Source: Nereida sp.
Lineage (GTDB): Bacteria > Pseudomonadota > Alphaproteobacteria > Rhodobacterales > Rhodobacteraceae
Direction of reading: 5' to 3'
DNA length: 64,000 bases
Assembly: GCF_965655635.1 (NCBI RefSeq)
Contig: NZ_CBFHHE010000004.1
Location: forward strand, 30,158 to 94,157
The notes beneath the pieces are model-generated. The model made no database searches, had not been told where the DNA came from, and was given only the letters and a program-made list of their open reading frames with translations. A program made the position numbers and the translations under genes. This document shows, piece by piece, positions 47,873 to 59,968 of this stretch (its first letter is position 1; every line of letters begins with the position of its first letter).

Positions 47873-48642
47873 TGCAACTGGCTGGCAAGACAGCACTGAT
47901 TACAGGAGCCGCCCGAGGTATCGGGCGCGCTTTTGCTGAGGCATACATCGCTGAAGGCGCGCATGTAGCGATTGCCGATATTGACGGCACACGTGCTGCA
48001 ACAACTGCTGGTGAGCTAGGTGACCGTGCTATTGCTGTGCATATTGATGTCAGAGATCCAGCAAGCATTGACACCGCAGTTGCCGCTACGATTGAGCAGT
48101 TCGGTCACATCGACATTCTAATCAACAACGCGGCGGTATTTACGGCTGCACCCATCGTTGAAATTAAGCGCGCAGATTATCAACGCGTGTTCGACATCAA
48201 CGTATCGGGCACACTGTTCACCATGCAAGCTGTGGCACGCCACATGATCGAACGTAGCCAAGGTGGTAAGATCATCAACATGGCCTCGCAAGCTGGTCGT
48301 CGCGGTGAACCACTCGTAGCGGTCTATTGTGCGACCAAGGCCGCAGTAATCAGCCTGACCCAATCCGCTGGTCTCGATTTGATTAAACATGGGATCAACG
48401 TAAACGCGATTTCACCCGGCGTGGTGGACGGTGAGCATTGGGACGGCGTGGATGCGTTCTTTGTCAAGCATGAGAACAAAGCACCGGGACAGAAGAAAAA
48501 AGAGGTTGGTGCCGCCGTTCCCTATGGGCGCATGGGCACAGCCCAAGACCTCACTGGCATGGCCATCTTTCTGGCCAGCGATGCGGCGAATTACATCGTG
48601 GCGCAAACATACAATGTGGATGGTGGACAATGGATGAGCTGA
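47872..48642 (+). CDS. smoS: Sorbitol (L-iditol) dehydrogenase, SDR family
   Basis: TGAARGIG, NNAA, SQAGRRGE.LV..YCATK and GVVDGEHWD motifs. Confidence 0.92.
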   Translation: MQLAGKTALITGAARGIGRAFAEAYIAEGAHVAIADIDGTRAATTAGELGDRAIAVHIDVRDPASIDTAVAATIEQFGHIDILINNAAVFTAAPIVEIKRADYQRVFDINVSGTLFTMQAVARHMIERSQGGKIINMASQAGRRGEPLVAVYCATKAAVISLTQSAGLDLIKHGINVNAISPGVVDGEHWDGVDAFFVKHENKAPGQKKKEVGAAVPYGRMGTAQDLTGMAIFLASDAANYIVAQTYNVDGGQWMS

Positions 48643-50120
48643 TCTCCCTTTCTAATGCGACGTTGGATCAACTGAGCGTTGAACACCCGCGATACGATCG
48701 CACCGCCCTCACCCCTGGTATCGTGCATATTGGCGTTGGTAATTTTCACCGCGCGCATCAGGCGTGGTATTTGCATCGTTTGATGCAAGCAGGAGAAGCC
48801 CATGATTGGGCCATTATTGGCGCAGGTGTGCGGCCCTATGATGCGGCAATGCGTGAAAAACTCTTGGCACAGGATTGCCTGACGACGTTGGTTGAACTGG
48901 ACCCTGAAACCGTTTCTGCAGAAGTCGTTGGCTCCATGATTGATTACCTGCCTATCGAGGAAGGGAATGCGCCCCTCATCGCGCAAATGGCTGACCCTGC
49001 TATTCGTATTGTTGCAATGACAGTCACTGAAAGCGGCTATTACATCGACCCCGTTACTAAAGGTTTTGACGCAGCGCATCCAGATTTGCTGCACGATGCC
49101 GCCCACCCCGACACGCCGCGCACCGCCTTTGGCGCACTGGTTGCAGCCCTCAAGCTACGCCGCGCGGCGGATCACGCGCCTTTCACAGGATTGAGCTGCG
49201 ACAACTTGCAAGGCAACGGTGATATCTTGCGCCAGACTGTCGTATCGTTGGCGCGTCTTTCTGATCCAGACCTTGCGGATTGGATTGATGGCAATGCGAC
49301 TTTTCCAAACTCTATGGTCGACTGTATCGCGCCCGTAACGGGTCCGAAAGAACTTGCCCTTGCGCATGATTTCGGGATCAAAGACGCCGCTGTAGTCACG
49401 CACGAAGCATTCCGCCAATGGGTGATTGAAGACAAATTCTGCGCAGGCCGCCCCGCTTGGGACACGGTTGGAGTAACCTTCTCCGACGATGTCCACGCGT
49501 TTGAAACCATGAAAATTCGCATCCTTAATGCCGGCCATCAAGTTATCGCAAACGTTGGCGAAACACTAAGTATCGAAACGATTGCGGGCTGCATGACGCA
49601 CTCGGCGATCCGTACTTTCTTTGGCAAGGTTGAGCGCGACGAGATTGCGCCAACCGTGGCACCTGTTCCCGGCAAGACACCCGCGGCTTATGTTGATTTG
49701 ATCGAAGCACGTTTCTCAAACCCGCGTATTGTTGACACAACCCGCCGCGTTGCCTTTGATGGGTCTGCGCGCCACACTGGTTTCGTGTTACCTGTCCTGC
49801 ATGATCAACTCGCAGCAGGTCGATCTGTGAGCGGCCTTGCCTTGGTCGAAGCTCTTTGGGCGCGAATGTGCGCCGGTACACGCGAAGACGGCACAATCAT
49901 TGAAGCGAACGATCCAATTTGGGGTGAGCTGAAAGCCACAGCATTGGAAGCGAAAGAGCAGCCTACCGCATGGCTGGACCAGAGCAATATCTACGGTGAT
50001 TTGCGCGATGCAGAGCCATTTCATGACGCTTTTTGCCGTTGGCTGACGATCATTTGGGATCAAGGATGCGTTGCGGCAATGAATGAATACACCGCCTTTG
50101 ATCACAAAAAGTCTGCGTAA
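48630..50120 (+). CDS. mtlK: Mannitol 2-dehydrogenase
   Basis: HIGVGNFHRAHQ, TVTE.GY, SCDN, FPNSMVD.I.P, QWVIED and K.RILNAGH motifs. Confidence 0.92.
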   Translation: MDELISLSNATLDQLSVEHPRYDRTALTPGIVHIGVGNFHRAHQAWYLHRLMQAGEAHDWAIIGAGVRPYDAAMREKLLAQDCLTTLVELDPETVSAEVVGSMIDYLPIEEGNAPLIAQMADPAIRIVAMTVTESGYYIDPVTKGFDAAHPDLLHDAAHPDTPRTAFGALVAALKLRRAADHAPFTGLSCDNLQGNGDILRQTVVSLARLSDPDLADWIDGNATFPNSMVDCIAPVTGPKELALAHDFGIKDAAVVTHEAFRQWVIEDKFCAGRPAWDTVGVTFSDDVHAFETMKIRILNAGHQVIANVGETLSIETIAGCMTHSAIRTFFGKVERDEIAPTVAPVPGKTPAAYVDLIEARFSNPRIVDTTRRVAFDGSARHTGFVLPVLHDQLAAGRSVSGLALVEALWARMCAGTREDGTIIEANDPIWGELKATALEAKEQPTAWLDQSNIYGDLRDAEPFHDAFCRWLTIIWDQGCVAAMNEYTAFDHKKSA

Positions 50121-50196
50121 CCTGCTAATCCAACTGTACTCCCCAGTCAGGTAAGACCGTCACGTCGAGCGAAGAAATGCTAAACGTGACGGTGGA

Positions 50197-50727
50197 TCAG
50201 CCGAATATTTGCTGACGGAACTGATCCATGTAAATTTTGACCCAAGGCGTAAATTGAGCCGGATCAGTGTCGATCGCTTGATCGATTTCAGCGAAAGACA
50301 TCCAGCGGCAGTCCATAACTTCCGCTGGATTAGGGTCTACACCCAAGCTTTGATCAACATGACCCACGAAAACGTCAACGACCTCGTGCTCGATCAAGCC
50401 TTGGAAAACATCCGCGCGGTATTCAACCGTGTCCGCAAACACAGGCTTAACACCAACGATCCCCAGTTCTTCGGTCAAACGGCGTTCAGCACATACCGCT
50501 GCATCCTCGTCCCAATCAGGATGCGTACAACAGGTATTCGCCCACAGAGCCGGTGTATGATATTTGCACATGGCACGCTGCTGAAGCAGCACTTTATCGC
50601 CCGCAAGTAAGAAGACAGATACAGCCTTATGACGCAGGCCACGCTGATGCACCTCGAGTTTCTCGACCGGTGTCAGAACACCATCAACCCACGCAGGGAT
50701 CATCACGTCCAAAGCTATATCCTTCAT
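50197..50727 (-). CDS. idi: Isopentenyl-diphosphate isomerase type 1
   Basis: GL.H.AVSVF, QQRA..KY, WANTCCTHP, EHEVVDVF and FTPW motifs. Confidence 0.94.
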   Translation of the reverse strand: MKDIALDVMIPAWVDGVLTPVEKLEVHQRGLRHKAVSVFLLAGDKVLLQQRAMCKYHTPALWANTCCTHPDWDEDAAVCAERRLTEELGIVGVKPVFADTVEYRADVFQGLIEHEVVDVFVGHVDQSLGVDPNPAEVMDCRWMSFAEIDQAIDTDPAQFTPWVKIYMDQFRQQIFG

Positions 50728-50737
50728 CTGCGCACCC

Positions 50738-51913
50738 TTACGTTCGAAGCGGGTTCACGAGCCCCATCAGATGCGCGACGTTCTTAATACCGATCTTGAT
50801 GTGCGCCAAGGGCCGTTTCGCCACCAGCTTTTTATGCATATACGCTTCGAACGTAAGCCGTTGCACGTCAATATCATGGCACAGGCTGACAAACCGTTCG
50901 CGGCGCTCGTCACTTTTATAATACGCCTCCTGCATTGCGCCTAAAATTTTGAACACGCCTTTATGTTCGCGCATAAATAGTTTGCGTGCCAACTGCAGAT
51001 CTTTCACACGACCAGACGTAAGGCACGCCGTCGCTGCAGTTGCAGCTGCACGGCCACCGGCCATCGCGTAGAAAATTCCTTCCCCAGATGACGGGGCAAC
51101 AACACCAGCCGCGTCGCCCGCAAGAACAACGTCTTTGCCGTTATCCCATCGACTTAGCGGCTTAAGCGGGATAGGCGCACCTTCTTTACGCAGGGTTTTG
51201 CAACCACTCAAACCTGACGCCATTCGCAGATCTGCCGTTGCCTGCTTAAGGTCAACGCCTTCAATGCCAGTCCCCATACCAACGCTTGCAGAGGTACCAT
51301 GGGGGAAGACCCAACCGTAAAAGTCCGGCGAGATTTTACCGTCATAGATCACGTCACACCGCAGGGGGTCGTAAGCTTCGCTTAGCGTCGGCGCCTCAAT
51401 AATCTCGTGGTACGCGATTACGTAAGGAATGGTATCACCGCCAGGGACCTCGGCACGGGCAACGTCCGAGCGTGCGCCATCAGCACCAATGATCAGCTTT
51501 GTTTCCAGCGCCATTTCTTCACGAGTTTCTTTATCGCGGTAGATCACCTTTGTGCCGTCATCGCGTTCAATACGTAGAAATGTACCCGTAAAGCGCGCAA
51601 CCCCTGCATCAGCCGCGCGGCATCGCAAGAATTCATCAAAGTCTTTACGGTCAACCATTCCGACGTAACCATTCTCAATCGGAATATCTACTTTCCGGCC
51701 CGTGGGACTGATCATCCGAGCCGTTGTGATCTTAGCCACGAGTTGCTCATCAGGGATACGGAATTCAGTAATTGCAACTGGTGGAATTGCACCACCGCAA
51801 GGCTTAATCCGCCCTGCCCGATCAAGCATTGCCACGGATTTTCCCGAGCGTGCCAAGTCTTCGGCAGCCGTCGCACCAGAAGGTCCACCCCCCACAACAA
51901 CAACATCATACAT
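50738..51913 (-). CDS. bchP: Geranylgeranyl reductase
   Basis: VVGGGPSGATAA, KPCGGAIP, GADGARS, YGWVFPH and GDAAG.V...SGEGI motifs. Confidence 0.96.
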   Translation of the reverse strand: MYDVVVVGGGPSGATAAEDLARSGKSVAMLDRAGRIKPCGGAIPPVAITEFRIPDEQLVAKITTARMISPTGRKVDIPIENGYVGMVDRKDFDEFLRCRAADAGVARFTGTFLRIERDDGTKVIYRDKETREEMALETKLIIGADGARSDVARAEVPGGDTIPYVIAYHEIIEAPTLSEAYDPLRCDVIYDGKISPDFYGWVFPHGTSASVGMGTGIEGVDLKQATADLRMASGLSGCKTLRKEGAPIPLKPLSRWDNGKDVVLAGDAAGVVAPSSGEGIFYAMAGGRAAATAATACLTSGRVKDLQLARKLFMREHKGVFKILGAMQEAYYKSDERRERFVSLCHDIDVQRLTFEAYMHKKLVAKRPLAHIKIGIKNVAHLMGLVNPLRT

Positions 51914-51916
51914 TAG

Positions 51917-53197
51917 TTATTCTCCTGCGATCAGCCGCGCGTCTGGCGCACGGTTTTCCATGGTGCGGCTAGCCATAAGCGCCGCGGCTAAAAAGAGAGA
52001 TGCTTCGAGCAAAAAGACAGCACCGAAAGCCGTCGCGTCTGGCAAAGGGCCGCGCATAAGATCAACAGCCGCGGCACCAAGAAGGCCACCGAAACCTGCG
52101 GCAATCGCTTGGGCAGCGCCCCAAAGACCCATTCGGGTCCCCTCACGTGTCTCACGACCGTCGCCCGCAAGTGCCATCATCGAGCCAATTGCAGCAACAG
52201 CGAACATACCGTTGAAAAAGCCCAAACCCACAACGAACGGCGTCAGCGGAATATGCCCCAGTTGACCGATGATCGTGATAAAGATCAGTGTCAGAGCAGA
52301 GCCAAGACAACCCGCAACAACCCAATGGCGTAACTGGCCAAGACGAAGGCCCGTGGCGGCAATTCCTACTGTAAGCATTCCAATGAACACGCCACCGTTT
52401 TGCGCACCCGACAGGGACGTTGATTGACCAGGCGTAAATCCAAAAACAAGGCCGGCGTAAGGCTCAAGAATAAGTTCCTGCATGAAATACGCGGTCATCG
52501 AAAGGAAAACGAAGATGGTGAATATGCGTGCTTTAGGCTCTGACCACACTTCGCGGAGACCTTCGGCAAACCCCATCGGATCAGCGGTCGAAAGGTGTGA
52601 GGTGATGCCTCTTTCAATACCTAGTGTAGCCAGCATCGTAACACCAACTGCAGATACACATACGATAGCAACAATCTTCAGCAGAAGTTCGGGTGAATAT
52701 GGATCAAGGAACGCACCTACAGTACCAGCGGTCACTGCAATACCGAAAATCATCATTAGCCATGTTATTGTGGCAGCTGCTGCGCGCCGATGTGGGGCCG
52801 TTGATGTAGCCAGAAACGCAAGAAGTGACGTGCCAGAGGCACCTACCCCAAGCCCGATAAGTGCGTAACTGACTATTGAAAGCAACAGCCCCGAAATCCA
52901 AAGGGTTTGCAAAAGAACAACCCCGAGGGCTGCACCAAATCCGCCAAGCGCCAATGCAATCATGCCCAGAATGATCCAGCGCGTCCGATTGCCCCCTTGG
53001 TCACTTATGAACCCCCAATTTGGGCGCGTCATTTGAATACCGTAATGCAACGCAACAAGAAGTCCTGGAAGGACTGCGGGCAATGCCAGTTCAATAACCA
53101 TCAAACGGTTTAGGGTCGAAGTTGTGAGTACAACAATCGCACCCAAACATGTCTGGACCAGACCAAGCCGCACAATTGAGAGCCAACCAAGCGTCAT
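51917..53197 (-). CDS. PucC/BCD-family MFS protein
   Basis: IVRLGLVQ..LGAIVVL.TSTLNR, QELILEPYAG and GLWGAAQA motifs; position between bchG and bchP. Confidence 0.9.
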   Translation of the reverse strand: MTLGWLSIVRLGLVQTCLGAIVVLTTSTLNRLMVIELALPAVLPGLLVALHYGIQMTRPNWGFISDQGGNRTRWIILGMIALALGGFGAALGVVLLQTLWISGLLLSIVSYALIGLGVGASGTSLLAFLATSTAPHRRAAAATITWLMMIFGIAVTAGTVGAFLDPYSPELLLKIVAIVCVSAVGVTMLATLGIERGITSHLSTADPMGFAEGLREVWSEPKARIFTIFVFLSMTAYFMQELILEPYAGLVFGFTPGQSTSLSGAQNGGVFIGMLTVGIAATGLRLGQLRHWVVAGCLGSALTLIFITIIGQLGHIPLTPFVVGLGFFNGMFAVAAIGSMMALAGDGRETREGTRMGLWGAAQAIAAGFGGLLGAAAVDLMRGPLPDATAFGAVFLLEASLFLAAALMASRTMENRAPDARLIAGE

Positions 53198-54096
53198 AGG
53201 CCAACCGTCCGTACTGCAAACGCAGCTATCATCATACCGCTGACATAAAGAGTGACACCTGTTCCATTATACCACGGCGCGTTACCCTTTGGGTCGTTTA
53301 GCAAAACGCGCATTGCCCAAAGTTGAAACGCAAGAACACCTGCCACAGCAAGCCCATGAAGCGGGCGGTCCCATGTAAATAAAAGACCAGCGACAATGAC
53401 CTGTGGAACCGCCATAACCCAACAGGCGAGTTTCGCTGCGCGCTCTGGACCCATTGTTACAGGCAAAGAGTTCACGCCCATCACGCGGTCGCCTTCCAGG
53501 GCCTTAAAATCGTTTAATGTCATGATGCCATGCGCGCCAACGGCGTAGAGCAATGCAAGCAGGCAGACTTCCAAGGACGGCGCCGTCGCACTGAGAATTG
53601 CTGCGCCCGTAAACCATGGCAATCCCTCATAGGATAACCCAACAAGCCCAGGCCCCCACCATCCAGATCGCTTCAAGCGGACCGGCTCGGCAGAATAAGC
53701 CCAAGCAGCAAGCACCCCAATAATTGTGGCGCCAAAACCCCAAGAACCAAGCTGATATCCGACGGCAAGTGACAGAACGGACATACCCAGAGCAATCCAA
53801 AGACCCCAACGCCCAGGAATACGCCCCGAAGGAATGGGGCGATCGGGCTCGTTGATCGCATCTACATGACGGTCGCACCAATCATTAGCTGCTTGCGACA
53901 TCCCACACACGATGGGGCCTGCAAGCAAAACGCCCAAGATAACCAGCCACCATTGGCCGCTTGGAGAGACACCTGCACTGACAATACCGCAAAGATATGC
54001 CCACATAGGTGGGAACCACGTGATCGGCTTGATCAGGCGGAGCATTGCACGGGGTTCGGGCAAAGTGCGGGAATGGCTAATTTCGCTGACACTCAT
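53194..54096 (-). CDS. bchG: Bacteriochlorophyll synthase
   Basis: KPITWFPPMWA, NDWCDRHVDAINEP.RPIPSGR and NDFKALEGD motifs. Confidence 0.96.
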   Translation of the reverse strand: MSVSEISHSRTLPEPRAMLRLIKPITWFPPMWAYLCGIVSAGVSPSGQWWLVILGVLLAGPIVCGMSQAANDWCDRHVDAINEPDRPIPSGRIPGRWGLWIALGMSVLSLAVGYQLGSWGFGATIIGVLAAWAYSAEPVRLKRSGWWGPGLVGLSYEGLPWFTGAAILSATAPSLEVCLLALLYAVGAHGIMTLNDFKALEGDRVMGVNSLPVTMGPERAAKLACWVMAVPQVIVAGLLFTWDRPLHGLAVAGVLAFQLWAMRVLLNDPKGNAPWYNGTGVTLYVSGMMIAAFAVRTVGL

Positions 54097-54097
54097 G

Positions 54098-54150
54098 TGT
54101 CAACTAAACATTACATTTTGCGATTCAACAAGTGTAAAAGCTGATTGACG
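54098..54150. promoter_or_regulatory. Tandem PpsR boxes upstream of bchG
   Basis: TGT-N12-ACA at 54098-54115 (perfect) and TGT-N12-ACG at 54133-54150 (one mismatch). Confidence 0.8.
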
Positions 54151-55566
54151 CTATTCGTCTGTGCTTTTTGCCAAAAGGCCAAATTTACGCAGCTTCACAT
54201 AAAGCGACTGTCGCGACAGACCCAGCATCTCTGCAGCTGCGACACGGTTATTGCCCGTTAACTCAACAGCCGTTTCGATGCACATTTTTTCAACAACATC
54301 AGTGGTGTCCGCAACGATATCTTTGAGAGTTGCGTTACCAACCAGCTCCATCACAGACTGAGCAGCATCATCACTTACAGGACCAGCAGTAGGGCGGCCT
54401 AGCTCAGCACGGCTCGTATCACGGATGACAAAAACAAAGCTTGGGCTAGTAGTATCTGCCAAATAAGTCGCAGAAATTTCAACGGCACGGCTACCGTCAT
54501 AATCTCCGATCAACTTAGTCGCGTACATCCGCATTTGACCTGTACGCGCAGCGTTCTCAAGAAGCACCTTTTGATCAACGCCCCCACGAACCAAGAAATC
54601 GCTGATCTGGCGACCTTTCACGTTCGTAATATGACCTGCATCCGCAAGAGTTAGGAAACTATCGTTAGCGGAGCGAATAACACCTAACGCATCCGTAAAG
54701 ACAATTGCATCAACGCCTTCCTCATAAAAGGACTGCAAATCTTCAACAAAGGCATCGCCGATACGGCTACCGGTATCTGTATTTTCCAAACGACATAACA
54801 AAAGCTTTTCACCCGCCGCGCGGAATAGGCTCGGCTGAACAGAAAGCGTAAGTTTAGACGCCCGCACCATAAGCTCCATCGGAGCAAAACTATCCGAAAT
54901 TGCAAGGTTATGCAGCGTTTCCAGCAGCTCGCCTTTGCGACGACCATCAAAGACCTGGGCAACAGCACCGCCCATCAAATCATCACGGGACGCACCCAAT
55001 AGCTTTGCCGCATTACGGTTCAGATCTGCGATCCGACCAGAGGTCGCGTTAATGAAGACCAACGCATCGGTGCTCGCCTCCATTAAGACGCGATAGCGCG
55101 TGTCAAAATCGCGGCGCTGCTCGTAATCTTGTTCGAGAGCAATTTGCGTTTTCACCAGCTGCTGCTGCATTTCCGCAATCGGACGCAAGTCACGGCCAAG
55201 GATCAACAAGCTGCCATCAGGTCCAAGCCTGTGGAACGTGTATTGGATAGGAAATTGCACTGACGCTTCAACGTGGTTCAGCTCAATCGGACGCTCGCAA
55301 TCAGTGCCAGCAAGAAACAGCTCAAGCTTTGCATCAAGTTTATCGACACTTTCAGATGTCAGCACATCGCGAATATTACGCCCCTGCCAACGATGCACCG
55401 CGCCAAAGTCTGCGCCTGCTTTCTTGCTCATGACAGAGAGAACCTCGCCATGTAGCGAGATCACAAATGCCAAATCAGACGTTGCAGCAATAAGCTGGCC
55501 CAAAATGTCCGGGCTCACCAACGGCATCGAACTACCCGCCCAATACTCTTGTCCACGCGAGGTCAT
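54151..55566 (-). CDS. ppsR: Photosynthesis gene repressor
   Basis: PAS domains, DLRPIAE.QQ.LV, EKMCIETA and Fis-type HTH NRVAAAEMLGLSRQSLYVKL. Confidence 0.96.
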   Translation of the reverse strand: MTSRGQEYWAGSSMPLVSPDILGQLIAATSDLAFVISLHGEVLSVMSKKAGADFGAVHRWQGRNIRDVLTSESVDKLDAKLELFLAGTDCERPIELNHVEASVQFPIQYTFHRLGPDGSLLILGRDLRPIAEMQQQLVKTQIALEQDYEQRRDFDTRYRVLMEASTDALVFINATSGRIADLNRNAAKLLGASRDDLMGGAVAQVFDGRRKGELLETLHNLAISDSFAPMELMVRASKLTLSVQPSLFRAAGEKLLLCRLENTDTGSRIGDAFVEDLQSFYEEGVDAIVFTDALGVIRSANDSFLTLADAGHITNVKGRQISDFLVRGGVDQKVLLENAARTGQMRMYATKLIGDYDGSRAVEISATYLADTTSPSFVFVIRDTSRAELGRPTAGPVSDDAAQSVMELVGNATLKDIVADTTDVVEKMCIETAVELTGNNRVAAAEMLGLSRQSLYVKLRKFGLLAKSTDE

Positions 55567-55598
55567 GTGCGCGCCTTCAAAATCATATGCATTCTGCT

Positions 55599-56387
55599 TC
55601 AGACTTTCTTTCTCGGGCGTGGCGCGCCTTGGTTTGAAACTATCAGACCGCATTTTTGTAATGCTCTTTTCGGATCTGATTCCACATGATCTGCTCCAGT
55701 GAGTGCCTTAATATCCAGCTTCTGACTTAGGAGCGAGCCGCCTACAATAATTGGCACATGCTGCTTAGCCGTCTTGCGTATATTTAAGATACATTCACGA
55801 ATATGTTCAAGTCTTTCACCATCAGATGCGGATATCATAATTGCGTCATATGACGATTTAGACACTTCTTCTGCGACCACCTTCACAGGCTTATCCATCA
55901 GCAATCGACACGAGACGCCGGACCGGCGCAATTGTGCAGCAGCAACTCCCGCACCCAGAGTGTGATAATCCCGCTCTAAAACGACCATCAGGACGCTTGG
56001 TCCAACAACAACTTTATTGGCGTTCGCCTGTGCGGCTGGCGGCATCAAATCGCGCAGCATACCCTGAAGACGCGCAACCGCGATGGTCACATCTGCAAAG
56101 CTTGCCTCATCTTTGCACCACTGATCGCCCATCACACGAGCAGCCTCTGGAATGTAGACGTCACAAATTTCTTCGTCTGTCAGACCAAGCATCTTGGCTT
56201 CTGTGCGCCAAACATCACGGGCGCTCGGGTCATAGTCCCTGATAGCACTGCACAATGAAAACAAAACATCGGGCCGCGCATCGCTCAAGGCATTTGCGCG
56301 CTCGTCCGCGAGCTTCATCAAAACCCGTTCGGCGAGACTATCAACTTTCGGGGCGTGGCGGCGCTGGCTGATCTTTCGATCCGACAT
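55599..56387 (-). CDS. ppaA: B12-binding antirepressor (PpaA/AerR)
   Basis: YIP.AAR.MG..W..D..SF..VT..VARLQ and cobalamin-binding DYHTLG; SD AGGAG. Confidence 0.92.
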   Translation of the reverse strand: MSDRKISQRRHAPKVDSLAERVLMKLADERANALSDARPDVLFSLCSAIRDYDPSARDVWRTEAKMLGLTDEEICDVYIPEAARVMGDQWCKDEASFADVTIAVARLQGMLRDLMPPAAQANANKVVVGPSVLMVVLERDYHTLGAGVAAAQLRRSGVSCRLLMDKPVKVVAEEVSKSSYDAIMISASDGERLEHIRECILNIRKTAKQHVPIIVGGSLLSQKLDIKALTGADHVESDPKRALQKCGLIVSNQGAPRPRKKV

Positions 56388-56485
56388 TTTAGCTCCTAAT
56401 GACCCCAAAAGGCGGGGCCGATCCAACGACTCAAACAAGCCGCTTGAAGTCATACTAACACATGTAACCTAGATTCTATACCCAT

Positions 56486-56503
56486 TGTAAAAAGAATTAG
56501 ACA
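56486..56503. promoter_or_regulatory. PpsR box (ppaA side of the divergent promoter)
   Basis: TGT-AAAAAGAATTAG-ACA. Confidence 0.78.
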
Positions 56504-56597
56504 CCACGGGGTATTCCCAAGGCTCAAACACCAAACTTCGCACAGAATGCAAAGCCCAGCTTACAAATGCTCACTTTGGCATATGTCAACTCTTGGG

Positions 56598-56615
56598 TGT
56601 AAGTTTTAGTTGACA
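56598..56615. promoter_or_regulatory. PpsR box overlapping the bchF -35 (TTGACA)
   Basis: TGT-AAGTTTTAGTTG-ACA; part of the larger inverted repeat TGTCAACT-N16-AGTTGACA (56584-56615). Confidence 0.82.
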
Positions 56616-56670
56616 CATTACCCATTTCAGACCACCCTCACCCCACACCACTTGTCAGGGAGTCGGTCTT

Positions 56671-59957
<3,287 letters not shown>

Positions 59958-59968
<11 letters not shown>

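Noticed and set aside
3692-56453. Long N-terminal extensions in the ORF track (pyrD, acyl-CoA synthetase, mmsA, SBP, PDO, rhodanese, soxZ, soxV, cydB, sulfatase, ppsR, ppaA)
   Set aside because: Downstream starts have SD sequences or overlap coupling and give family-typical lengths.
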